From: the human T2T-CHM13v2.0 reference genome, Homo sapiens | Assembly: GCF_009914755.1 (NCBI RefSeq) | Contig: NC_060944.1 | Reading direction: 5' to 3' (one strand) | DNA length: 64,000 nucleotides | Shown: positions 1 to 11,589 of the stretch, in pieces | How the letters are laid out: the number at the start of each line of letters is the position of its first letter | How positions within the stretch are numbered: the stretch's first letter is position 1 | Notes under the pieces: generated by a model | Databases searched by the model: none | The model's input: only the letters and a program-made list of their open reading frames with translations | Told to the model about the DNA's origin: nothing | Program-made: the position numbers and the translations under genes

Positions 1-529
1 TTCCCTCCCACCTAGAAAGGGCAGAACCACGGTTTGCGCAAGATCTCGGGGTCTACATTTAGTTGCCGGGAGCTCCACGTGATGCGGCGGGGCACGGGTG
101 GGCGAGGGAGGGTGGAGCGGGGAGGTAGTGGAGTTGAGCTGTGGAAAGGAGAGCAGGCCTGGCCGCTGCCCGGGCCGGTGTTTCCCGGGGTGGAGGTCTC
201 CGCCTACACCATTGAAGAACGCGGAGGCTGGGGGGAGGTGTACGGCGTGGGGAGGCGGGGGAAGGGATGAGAGCCCTGTCCGGGCTGGTCCCAAACCCTA
301 GCCGGCTGCCCATGAACCCGCGCATGCCAGCCTGGGCTGGCTCTGAAATCCTTGGGATGCTCAGGAAAAGAATGACAGCCCTCCTTTCTGTGGAGTTTCT
401 CGCCGGACCTGGACTCAGGGATCCTAGACAGGTCAGCTGGAAGGGAAGACGCAGGTCTCCATACAGAGCCTGAGGTTCAGCGCGAAAGAGGGGCCACCCC
501 CTGCCCCCACCCGGTCCCAACCCCGCGTC

Positions 530-1588
530 CTAAAGCTCCTCCAGCAGAGCCCCGTGTTCTTCCTGGCTGAGGAGTGGTTCCAGAAAAGTGGGCTCTTCCA
601 TGTCCTTCAACTCCCCCAGTGGCTCCGTTGCTTGGAAAGGTTGTGCCTTTTGCTGAAATTCTGGGGTCGACAGGAGCTCATATAACAGGGTGGATGAGAG
701 TGCAGATGAACGCTCCAGCTCTTGGAGCGGTTGGGAGGGTGCCTGGATGGCTTACATCTGCTTCTGACACGCAGAGGCCTCCGTGGGCGCGAGCTGCGGA
801 GGTAGATGTGCCTCGGCTTCGCGTTCCCATGCTCCCTGGCGACCTGGGGACCCTGGCCCCAGCCCCAATACGGACTCATGTGGGACGTGTGCGGCGCAAG
901 CACACCTTGCCCCTGTGACTCAGCCTGAGCGGCTCAAGTTGTCCCACTGAGCACGCACACAGAAGGCCGCCGTGCTGCGAGTCCTGGTCCACCTGCCAAC
1001 TGTTTGACTCAGCCTGAGCGGCCCAAGCTGTCCCATTGAGCACAGCACCCACAAAGCCTCCGTACTGCGGGTCCTGGTTCCCCTGCCATCTGTTCGGGTG
1101 TGGAGGTCACCCAGGTGTCTGAGGGTGGGACAGCGCCACTTCCGAAGGAGCCAGAGCAGCAAACTCAAAATCCCCGAGTGCCACGGCAGGTCGGGAGATT
1201 CTTTCTGCCTGCAAAGCCTGGCTGGGCTGCAGCAGAGGGGCCACCCCTGCTGTCTGGCTCACGAAAGCCCCCTGTTCCCCACGCCCTGGAGTGGGTGAAG
1301 GCGACCAAGGAGGGAGGGTGGCACCCGCGGTGGGCCGCGTTGCACAGGCGCCTGCGTGCGCGGATTCCCTGCCACCCTGGCCTGGATGCCTGGACCTTCG
1401 ATTCTGATACGAAATCTGAATCCTGGGCTCCAAAAGGCAGGTCTCTCTGGACAGTTTGGGTACGGGTTCCGCTCAAAGCACGCTAGCAGGGAATCTTTTT
1501 TGTTCAGGTTACAAACCAGTCTCCTTCGCCGTCCTCGTCCTCGGGCTTCCGCGGGGAAGGGGCTGTCAGAAGGTGTCGGGAGAGCCAT
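530..1588 (-). pseudogene. DUX4L: DUX4-like pseudogene copy A (frameshifted, homeobox internally deleted)
   Basis: ATG at 1588 gives [25 protein letters not shown]...[10 protein letters not shown] (DUX4 N-terminus/HD1). Another frame gives [20 protein letters not shown] (HD2 end). The C-terminal LLEEL-stop ends at 530. Multiple frameshifts. Confidence 0.93.
916..1094. repeat. 89-bp tandem duplication inside DUX4L copy A
   Basis: tgactcagcctgagcggc...ctgtt at 916-1004 and 1005-1094, about 12 mismatches plus 1 indel. Single copy in unit B (~6414-6505). Confidence 0.9.
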
Positions 1589-1716
1589 CGCGAGGGCACC
1601 TCGCCGGAATTTCACGGACAGACACGGGCAGAGAGAGGCCGGCGGCTCCTGTGCGCCTCAGTTGGCCTCTGTGCTGTACGCAGGTCCAGTCAGGAGTCCG
1701 ACCCCGCCAGTGGCCC

Positions 1717-1721
1717 TTATA
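1717..1721 (-). promoter_or_regulatory. TATAA box at the position of the DUX4 TACAA box
   Basis: Minus strand reads gtgggtctttataagggcc, about 130 bp upstream of the ATG at 1588. Confidence 0.6.
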
Positions 1722-2095
1722 AAGACCCACCAGCTTCACCCCTTCATGAATATGCGTGAGCACCCAAGGGCCCTGGGTATCCCGCCCTCCGAAGCCAGAA
1801 ATCACAGACACAGGGCCCTGTGTGGTAGGTGAAGGTGGGGCCAGATCGGCCAGGAAAGGGGGGCTTCTGGGGCTGGCTCTCTGAGTTCTCCAGAATTCTA
1901 CGGAAACTGGAAGTTTCTCTCTGGGCTCACATACGATTTCAGGGAGAAACCACCCTGGAAGGGTGGTGTGTGGAACTGAACCTCCATGACAGTCTTGAGT
2001 TTTCCAGGCCCTCTCCGTGAAGGCGGCAATGCCTGTGGGTGTCGCCGTTGCCGTGATAGTCTCACACACGCAGGTGTGTGGATCTCATTCATTTT

Positions 2096-4654
2096 CTTTT
2101 TTTTATTTTTATTTTTTATTTCTACCTCTTAAAGTCAATGATAATGTCACAAGTGTAAAATGAATACATTTAAAAACATAAAAGATACATTTCAATGACA
2201 AGAAATATGCAATGATCATGAAAATCTACTGTACACTTTGCCAAGGTCAAAGAATGAAAGACAATATGGAAAACCCAATCTTCAAATATATCCTTAATAA
2301 AAACTCTCTCCTACATAGTAAAAGCATCATCTAAACAGCAGCTCCAACTGAGAAAAAAAAAAAAAAAAAAAAGCAGGGTAGATGGGACAGATAACTTTCC
2401 CCAGGTTTTCCAGACAAAAACATGTGGTCACCAGGAATTCAAGGTAACTTCAAAAGCCACATGTAATTCAAAATAAAATGAACATTTCTGACAGATGACA
2501 GCAGTATGATACTGATTTTTTTCTTTCCTAGATACAAATGATATGGGGCATTTCTTAACAGTTTAGTAATCATCTAAGAATTACTGTAGAAATAACCCCA
2601 ATTCCACCATCCCAGCCACTGGTATAAAACAAATAACCTTCCATTGATACTGTCTTTCACATAACTAAAATATCCTCACTTACTTGGAACAATTTCATGC
2701 TTACACATGATCACAAACACTTGTTTTTAGATGTTGTGGAATTATTGGAGCTGAGATTTTTGAAACAATATCTGAATCTTAGCAGAGAGCTAATAATCCT
2801 TTCACTATACATTGATTGGGCTTCCTTAACCAAATCTGAGCAACTACTGTAATAATAATGCTGGTGGTAATCCATGATACTCTCAAATTTTTCCCTTTAA
2901 GAAATATATAATCCATGTAATTCTAGCAAATATGTTACATTGCACAGTTGCTTAACAAGGATTGGCTGTTTTCAGGCCTTATTAGGAAAACAAAGAAACA
3001 AACAATGACAGTTACTATCTGTTTTTTATCACTGATAAGCTGCAATAAAACTCAAATATGAGAGTTTAATTGTGTGATATTAAGTAAAAAATGAAAACCA
3101 TTATAGTTTTACCAAAAGAAATGTAAAAAATATGGGAAGAATTCAAATGACCATGGCATAAGTCCCAAAGATTACACTATGATTCTGAACAGGATTTTCC
3201 AAACAAAGGGTATCTACTTACAATTTCTGTGAATATTTCTCGCACTAGAAAGATCCAAAGCAAACGTAGGCTCAGCCCTACCTTGTCAAAGATAAATATT
3301 CAGATAAACTAGAAGTTCCATCTGCTAAAGTGCATCGGCTGACCAGGTCTACCATGGCCCTGCTACTTACAGCCATCTAAGAAATTGGCCTCACCCATGC
3401 TCATTCACTCGTTCTGTGGCCTATCAAGAGTCACACATAACAATGGTTTTGCTTTTTTAAAAAAAACAAATACTTTATACAGTGAACTACAGAAAAAATT
3501 CTAAATATACTTTTAACATTCTAGAGAGTTAAGGTAACCTCATTTTTAAAAATACTGAAAATGTAAAGGGTCCATATAAAGAGTTGTGTTAAGTACATAC
3601 TTCCTATTTTAATAATTCACTTGCTGTGTTCTTAAAATCTCTCTGAGAGAAGCAGATATTTTACTCATGTATTTTGGCAAGAGATTCAAAAGCAAAAGTA
3701 GCAGGGCTGTAAAATTTCATAAAGTTTGTGGGATTTTTAAAAGCTAAATTATTCAATATTTTGTATTGTTATTGCAATCATATATTGCCCGGAATATATA
3801 TACAGCAACCCAGCAACAATGATTGCAACGAAAGTAAGGTAAACAGGTCTACAAACATTTGATTTCCTTATTAGATAGATGAAGTTTTCATAGAGGAAGT
3901 GCAAATTCAGATCAGGTTACATAAGCTTAACAATTATTTAAACCTTATATAAAATTAAATCTAACCCTCACCACTACAAATCTGTAAGGAATCACTGTCA
4001 GGAATCTACAGGACTTGGCTCTTATTTACATTCGACGCACACTTAGAAAGTTCACAAATGATGAGATGCAGGCCAAGGGGATTCCTCAAAGGGCTCCACC
4101 CAAAAGGAAAAGAAAGAGAGCTAAACAGAGAATTACCACTTATGTATTTGTGGGTAATCAGCTTATTCCTCAGCCTCTAGACAGTGAGGAGGATGAAGAA
4201 ATGGAAGAAGATAACAAAGAAGAGGAAGAAAAAGATCACAGTGAAGCGATGAAGCCAGAGGAGCCACCTCAAAATTTACTGAGAGAAAAAATCATGAAAC
4301 TGCCCCTCCCTGAATCTTTAAAAGCTTACTTGACATATTTTAGAGACAAATAACTTAGATCAAGAAGAAAGAATGCCTACTGATAATTCCTTTAGTCTTG
4401 AAAATGTAGCATTATGTTAGGAATTAAAAGAATTATTTATTTCATCAGAGCAAATTATAGGGGAAAAAATATCACTTGTTACTGTCAGTAACATAAATGA
4501 TGTATTGAGTGAATAAAAGAATCCCTTTTATAAAATCTATTTTTCTTTAAATCTTGGAAAATTGTTGTTTCACCTCAGAGTGATTTGAAAGTGGAATGTA
4601 ACAGTAGTCAAGACTTGTGTGCTATTTCTGATTCTTCCTTTTCTGATTCCTTAC
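2096..4654 (-). pseudogene. PCMTD1P: PCMTD1 processed pseudogene, 5'-truncated and 5'-inverted (3'UTR on minus 2096-3994; inverted CDS end plus proximal UTR on plus 3995-4654)
   Basis: ORF 4015-4353 matches the PCMTD1 C-terminus (IYIRRTLR...LPLPESLKAYLTYFRDK). T-rich tail at 2096-2120. TSD ggatctc(a/g)ttcatttt at 2080-2095 and 4655-4670. Confidence 0.92.
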
Positions 4655-6794
4655 GGATCTCGTTCATTTTGATGTAGAAAACGAGAGCGAAACTACAGAG
4701 AAAAGAAACGCCAGGTGCATCACAGCCTGAGGATGGATTCCTGTTTCCTGCGACATGGGGAGTCTCCACTATGGCCTGTTTCCAAACAGGAAACTGGAAA
4801 GGAGAGCGAAGACACGATGCTGCTTTTCCACGCTTCTCTGGAGGTTTCTGTGTCCCCACAGAGCTCGGGAAACAATCAACATGGTCACGCTTTCGCGGGC
4901 CAGAGACGCATGAGCAACAGGCCCCCTTGCAGAAGGCAAAGGAACGTGGAACCCGAAACCACGCTTCAGTCGGCCTGAGTGTGACTCCTGTGTGGACGGG
5001 ACTATCCACCTCGCGCTCCGTTGCAGGCTCAACCTGGGGCTATCTCATCTGTGAACCATGTGGATGAAAATTGGACAATCGCCTGAGTCTCGGCTCATTG
5101 CTCTCTGGACAATTCGCTCATTCCTTGGGAGACGAAATTCGTCTGAATTGCTCCCGGATTAAGTAACCCAGGCTGGCGATCCGGAGGGCAGGTGAGAGCG
5201 CCGCAGGCCGACGCGGCTGTGGGCCGAGCACTTAGCCTGCACTGGGCACCCAACATTTTCCCGGAGTGCAAGATCCTGCTAGTCCTGGAGGCAGAAGACT
5301 ACTTTTCTCTCTGCCTTCCTCTCTCTGTTTCTTGCTCCCTCTTTCCCTCCTTCCCTCCCTCAGTTCCTCCCTTCCTCCCTCCCTCCCTCCTTCCCTCTCC
5401 CTCTCCTTCTATCCCTCCATCCTTTCCAAGGTCCCACGGTCCATCCGTTCTTTCCTCCCTCCATGGCTCCCTCCTTCTCTGTCTCCGTTCCTCTCCCCAT
5501 CTCTGCCTGAGTTCCCTCCCGCGTAGAAAGGGCAGAACCCTGGCTTGCACGGGGTCTCGGGTCTGCATTTAGCTGTCAGGTGCTCCACATCGATGCCGAG
5601 GAAGCTGGCGGGGCAAGGGTAGGCGAGTGACGGTGGGGCGGGGAGGCAGAGGTGGCGAGACGCGGAAAGAAGAGCAGGCCTGGCGTCTGACCGGGCCAGT
5701 GTTTCCCGCCCGCCCCACTGAAGAACGCGGCAGGGGGCAAGAGAGAAGGGATGAGAGCTCCGCCTAGACTAGTTAGAAAACCTAGGCTACTGCCTGCTAA
5801 CCCGCCCATGAGCAGTAGACAGTCCGCCTCCCGGTACCTGGACGGGCCCTGGGATCCCCGGAATGCTCAGGAAAGAATGATAGCCCTCCTCTGAGTGGAG
5901 TCTCTCACGGGACCTGGAACTCAGGGATCCTAGGCAGGTCAGCTGGAAGGGAAGACAAGCCTCTCCATACCGAGTCAGAGGTTCACCGCGAAAGAGAGGC
6001 CGCCGCCCTGCCCCCACCCTGCCCCAAACCCGCGTCCTAAAGCTCCTCCAGCAGAGCCCGGTGTTCTTCCTGGCTGAGGAGTGTTTCCAGCGGAGCGGGC
6101 TCTTCCACGTCCTTCAGCTTCCCCAGTGGCGCCGGATCTAGGAAAGACTGTGCCTTTTGCTGAAACTCTGGGGTTGACAGGAGCTCATCTAACAGGCTGG
6201 GGGTGTGTGTAGACGAGCGCCCCGGCTCCTGGAGTGGTTGGGAGGTGCCTGGATGGCTTGCATATGTGCTTGACGAGGAGGCCTCCGGGGTCGCGAGCTT
6301 CAGAGGGGGAGGTGCTCGGTCTTCGGTTTCCCACGCTGCCCTGGCAACCTGGGGCTCAAGCCCCACCGCGGACTCTGGTGGGACGTGGGTGGCGCAAACA
6401 CACCTTGCCCCTGTGACTCAGCTTGAGGGGGCCCAAGCGGTCCCACTGAGCACGCGCCCACCAGGCCACCGTGCTGCGGGTCCTCTTCCTCCTGGCATTT
6501 GTTAGGGTGCGGAGGCCACTGAGGAGTCTGAGGATGGGACACTCCTACTTCCAGAGGAGCCAGGGCAGCGAACACAAAATCCCCGCATGCAGGGACAGGT
6601 TGAGAGATTCCTTCTGCCTGCGCAGCCTGGCTGGGCTGGAGCGGGGGGAAGGCCCTTGCTCCCTGGCTCATGAAAGCCCCATGTGGGAGAGCCCCAGGCG
6701 TGCAGGGCGTGTGGGGTGCGGGAAGCCCCATTCCCCATGCCCTGGTGTGGGTGAACTCGATTGAGGAGGGAGGAAGATGACACCCACCGGGGGT
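4655..6794 (-). repeat. D4Z4-like spacer of unit A (with CT-rich tract 5303-5520) followed by 5'-truncated unit B
   Basis: Resumes the D4Z4-like sequence right after the TSD. Stop-to-stop distance minus the insert is about 2.9 kb, or about 3.1-3.2 kb once the homeobox deletion is restored. Confidence 0.88.
6037..6794 (-). pseudogene. DUX4L: DUX4-like pseudogene copy B, C-terminal half only (no homeobox)
   Basis: ORFs 6300-6830 ([16 protein letters not shown]...[10 protein letters not shown]) and 6037-6366 ([17 protein letters not shown]...LSQEEHRALLEEL) are joined by a frameshift near 6360. Truncated at the Tigger1 junction. Confidence 0.92.
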
Positions 6795-7230
6795 GTTAAT
6801 TAGTAACCACAGTGGCCTCAAAGAGCTCAAATGAAAGGAAGAATTGCATGTCTCTCACTTTAAGTCCAGAGCTAGAAATGATTAAGCTTACTGAAGATGT
6901 AAAATTTTCATCGCTAGAGAGACGTCAACACTTGGCTTCAAAACTTCAAAGGATGGGCTGACTCTCTTTGAGGACCACTGCAGTTGGTGACTTTAAGTTA
7001 CAGCCAATGCTCATTGACCACTCTGTAAATCTCAGGGCCCTTAAGAGTCATGCAAAATCTATTCTTTCTGTGCTCTAGAAACGGAACATCACAATCTGAG
7101 TGACAACACATCTGTTAAGAGCATGGTTTACTGAATATTTTAATCCCACTATTGAGACCTACTGCTCAGAAAAAAACAAAAAACAAAAAAAGAAAAAACA
7201 AAAACGATTCCTTTAAAGGGATTGCTGCTT

Positions 7231-7548
7231 GGCCAGGCACAGTGGCTCACACCTGTAATCCCTGCACTTTGGGAGGCGAGGTGGGTGGATCGCCTGAGGT
7301 CAGGAGTTGGAGACCAGCCTGGCAAAAATGATGAAACCTTGTCTCCTATAAAAATACAAAAAAATTAGCCGGACATGGTGGTTGTACCTGTAATTTCAGC
7401 TACTTGGGAGGCTGACGCAGAAGAATGGCTTGAATCCTGGAGGTGGAGGTAGCAGTGAGCCGAGGCCATGCCACTGCCCTCCAGCCTGGGCAACAAGAGG
7501 GAAACTACATAAAGGAAAAAAAAGGAAAGAAAAGAAAAAAACAAAAAA
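7231..7548 (+). mobile_element. AluS element
   Basis: ggccaggcacagtggctcac start, A tail, TSD gattgctgctt at 7220-7230 and 7549-7559. Confidence 0.93.
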
Positions 7549-7813
7549 GATTGCTGCTTATTGACAATTCACCTAGCTACCCAGAAGCTTAGATGGAGAT
7601 GTACTTGGAAATTAATGTTATTTTCATGGCTGCTAATACAATATCTATCCTTCAGCCTGTGGATCAAGGAGTGGTTTTGACTTTTCAAGTGTTTATATTA
7701 AATAATAAATGCATTTTATAAAGGTATAGCTGTCATAGATAGTAATTTCTTTGATGAATCTGGATAAACTGAATTGAAAACCTTTTGGAAAGGTTTCACC
7801 ATTAATACCTTCA

Positions 7814-7907
7814 TGATATTTCAACCTCTTCCGGTGAATCACAAATGTCCTTAATAGCAAATGCCATTAAGGACATTTGTGATTGATGGGAGGAGGTTGA
7901 AATATCA
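7814..7907. repeat. Imperfect palindrome (46-bp arms, 2-nt spacer)
   Basis: tgatatttcaacctcttccggtgaatcacaaatgtccttaatagca is the near reverse complement of tgccattaaggacatttgtgattgatgggaggaggttgaaatatca. Confidence 0.9.
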
Positions 7908-8427
7908 ACATTAACAGGAGTTTGGAAGAAGTTGATTCCAGCCCTCATGGAAGACTTTGAGGGCTCAGGATGTCAGTGGAGGAAGTCCCTACAGATGTGG
8001 TAGAAATCGCAAGACAACCAGAATTAGAATTAGGGCTTTAAGACGAGAATAAATTGCTGTAAACTCATGATGAAACTTGAACAAGTGGGGAGTTGCTTCT
8101 TATGGATGAGCAAAGAAAATATTTTCTTGAGATGGAATATAATCCAGGTGGAGATGCAATGAAGTTTGTTGAAATAACAACAAAGGATTTAGAATATTCC
8201 ATAAACCTAGTTGATAAAGCAGCAGCAGGGTTTGAGAGGGTTTACTCCAATTTTGAAGGAAGTTCTACTGTGGGTAAAATGCTATCAAACAGCATCACAT
8301 TCTACAGGGAAATGTTTTGTGAAAGGAACAAACTTCATTGTTTTAAGAAATTGACACAGGCACCCAACTTTCAGCAGCCCCCACACTGATCAGTCAGCAG
8401 CCATCAACATAGCGGCAAGACCCTCAC

Positions 8428-9453
8428 TGTAGATAAAAGAAAGAGAGCTCAGACTGTTACTGTGTCTATATAGAAAGGAAAAACATAAGAAACTCCATTT
8501 TGAAAGACTTGTACTTTAAACAATTGCTTTGCTGAGATGTTGTTAATTTGTAGCTTTGCACCAGCCACTTTGCCCCAGCCACTTTGACCCAACCTGGAGC
8601 TCACAAAAACATGTGTTGTATGAAATCAAGGTTTAAGCGATCTAGGGCTGTGCAGGACGTGCCTTGTTAACAAAATGTTTACAAGCAGTATACTTGGTAA
8701 AAGTCATTGCCATTCTCTAATCTCAATAAACGAGGGGCATAATGCACTGCAGAAAGCCGCAGGGACCTCTGCCCTTGAAGGCGGGGTATTGTCCAAGGTT
8801 TCTCCCCATATGATAGTCTGAAATATGGCCTCGTGGGATGAGAAAGACCTGACTGTCCCCCAGTCCGACACCCATTCAGAGTCTGTGCTGAGGTGGATTA
8901 GTAAAAGGGGAAAGCCTCTTGCTGTTGAGATAGAGGAAGGCCACTGTCTACTGCCTGCCCCTGGGAACTGAATGTCTCAGTATAAAACCTGATTGTACAT
9001 TTCTTCAATTCTGAGATAGGAGGAAAACCGCCCTATGGTGGGAGGCCAGACATGTTTGCAGTAATGCTGCTTTGTTATTCTTTACTCCACTGAGATGTTT
9101 GGGTGGAGAGAAACATATCTGGCTTACGTGCACGTCCAATCATAGTACCTTCCCCTGAACTTAATTATGACATAGATTATTTTGCTCACATGTTTTTTGC
9201 TGACCTTCTCCTTATTATCACCTTGCTCTCCTACTACATTCCTTTTTGCTGAAATAATGAAAATAATAACCAATAAAAACTAAGGGAACTCAGAGGCCAG
9301 TGCTGGTGCAGGTCCTTGGCATGCTGAGCGCCGGTCCCCTGGGCCTACTGTTGCTTCTCTATACTTTGTCTCTGTGTCTTCCTTGTTTTCTCTGTCTCTG
9401 GTCCCACCTCACTAGAAATACCCGCAAGTGTGGAGGGGCAGGCCACCCCTTCA
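8428..9453 (+). mobile_element. Solo HERV-K(HML-2) LTR, LTR5A-like
   Basis: TG...CA ends (tgtagataaaagaaagagag...ggccaccccttca), 1026 bp, TATA (agtataaaa ~8980), AATAAA at ~9272, 5-bp TSD ctcac at 8423-8427 and 9454-9458. Confidence 0.92.
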
Positions 9454-9744
9454 CTCACCAGCAAAAAGATTATGACTTGATGAGGCTCAGATATTCATTA
9501 GTATTTTTCAGCAATGAGGTATTTTAAGTTAAGGTATGTACATAGATTTTTAGACATAATGTGATTACTAATTAATTGATAATTATTAAATACTCATTAG
9601 ACTACAACATAGTTTAAGCATAACTTTTATAAGCACTGGGAAACAAAATGTGTATGCGACTAACTTGATTGTAACATTTTCTTTATTGTGGTTGTCTGGA
9701 ACCAAACCCACACTATCTCTGAGTATGCTTGTAGGTTTTTGGTT

Positions 9745-10199
<455 letters not shown>

Positions 10200-10508
10200 T
10201 GCCTTTTCTTTCTAGTGGCTCAAGCCCCATGGTGTGTGGTGGGCCTGATCTCCGATGCTTTTGAACAGTGTAGAAACTGTTGCTGTCTGTATTTAATTTT
10301 TTCCTACATGTATGGTCTCGATCGATCACAAGAAGATCAATAAGCCCTTCTCCTTATTCTACTTCCCTTTCTAGCAACGGAGAACTTTGATTGGATTTTT
10401 CCTGTCTACAGACAGGAATGAGTCTGCTGTTTTCTTTTTTAAACCCGAGGGGACTGAGCCTGAGGGCCTCGAGCGCGGCCATCCTCCTCCAACCCACAAC
10501 TGGTGATT

Positions 10509-10570
10509 GTGGTGGTGGTGGTGGTGGTGGTGGTTTTGTGTTCCAGCTTCTGTTCTGTTGTTGTTGTTGT

Positions 10571-10602
<32 letters not shown>

Positions 10603-10608
10603 GTGCTG
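10509..10608. repeat. Compound (TGG)n/(TTG)n/(CTG)n microsatellite
   Basis: Directly visible. Confidence 0.95.
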
Positions 10609-10619
10609 TCGTCATTGTT

Positions 10620-10942
10620 TTGGTATTTTACAGACTCGGGGTGTATGTGCTTGTTTGTTAGATCAGCGTACTACTGCTTCCGGATGTAGAAGTGGACCTC
10701 CAGTGTATCCGTTACCCACATGGCGAACGTTGTCTCTGACTGGCAATTTATTCATTCCTCGTCCCCCTCTTACCCTCCTCCTCCCTTTTGGAGTGTCTGT
10801 TATTTCCATCTTGATGACCGTACGTGTACCCATTATTTACCTCCCACTTGTAAGCAGAAGGCAGTTCACTGGGTACATACTTGCTTCCAGCTCTACCCAT
10901 GTTGTGGGAAAAGACGTGAAATCACTCTTTTTTGTGCCTGCA
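10620..10942 (-). mobile_element. Old L1 3' end (L1PA15-16/L1PB-like)
   Basis: ccttttggagtgtctgttatttccatctt...gtgtacccattatttacctcccacttgtaag resembles the antisense 3'UTR of old L1P elements. Confidence 0.7.
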
Positions 10943-11589
10943 CCATTGGAGAATTTTAACTTTTTTCTCTTCTTTTCTTTTCTTTCTTTTCTTTTCTTTT
11001 CTTTCTTTTTTTTTTTTCTTTTCTTTCCTCCTCCTCCTCCTCCTTCTTTTTTTCATTTTTTTCAGCTGGGCTCTCTTACTTGTGTTGCTCAGTTGCTCGG
11101 GCTGGTCTCAAACTCCTGGACTTGACACTTCTCCCGTCACATCAACCGCCTGGTTGTTGAAATGAGCATCTCTTGTAAAATTGAAAAGATGAAAAAAATA
11201 GAGAGAAAGACAAGAAGCAGGGGGTGAACGTTTCTCTTGCCGCCTCCCAGGGTGTACCTTGGACCCAATAGGAGGGAGGGAGCTTGGCTGGGTGGGTTTT
11301 TGGTGCTAAATCCTCCCGAGGGCCTCCTTCCCTCTCCCCCTTGTCCCCTCTTCTCCCCCAGCCAAGGCTCCCACCGCCGCTGTGGGATTTTCCGTGGGAG
11401 AGATATGGGAGAGGACTGACGCGGCTTCCAGATCTATATCTTGCCAGACGTCTCTGGCTCAGCGTCCCCCACCGGCTGCCTGCCACCTTCCAAGGAGCTC
11501 TGAGGCCGATGCCCCGCCCCCTTCACATCCCGCCACCCTCCTCCGGTTGGCCTACGCCCGGCGACCCCAAGGGAGCCGCGTTGACGCTT

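Larger units (their letters stand above)
1..2095 (-). repeat. D4Z4-like (3.3-kb family) unit A, gene-containing part
   Basis: GC-rich. Positions 1-1330 parallel 5515-6790 (e.g. tagaaagggcagaacc at 13 and 5524; ccgcgtcctaaagctcctccagcagagccc at ~523 and ~6030). 1940-2095 matches the recalled D4Z4 sequence upstream of DUX4. Confidence 0.93.
6796..9731 (+). mobile_element. Tigger1 DNA transposon remnant (5' end missing, internal deletion near 6895; interrupted by Alu and LTR)
   Basis: Matches the recalled Tigger1 consensus (ggcctc...tgaaaggaagaattgcatgtctctcacttt). ORF 8093-8389 is transposase C-terminus-like. 3' end tctctgagtatgcttg is followed by TA at 9732. Confidence 0.9.

Noticed and set aside
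4015-4353. Functional small PCMTD1-like gene
   Set aside because: TTG start; lies within a truncated, inverted retrocopy lacking the methyltransferase domain.
8093-8389. Domesticated transposase ORF
   Set aside because: Short C-terminal Tigger1 fragment; the element is deleted and interrupted.
10391-11125. 244-aa ORF with poly-Gly and poly-Cys
   Set aside because: It reads through trinucleotide microsatellites, an old L1 and T-rich tracts, from a non-ATG start.
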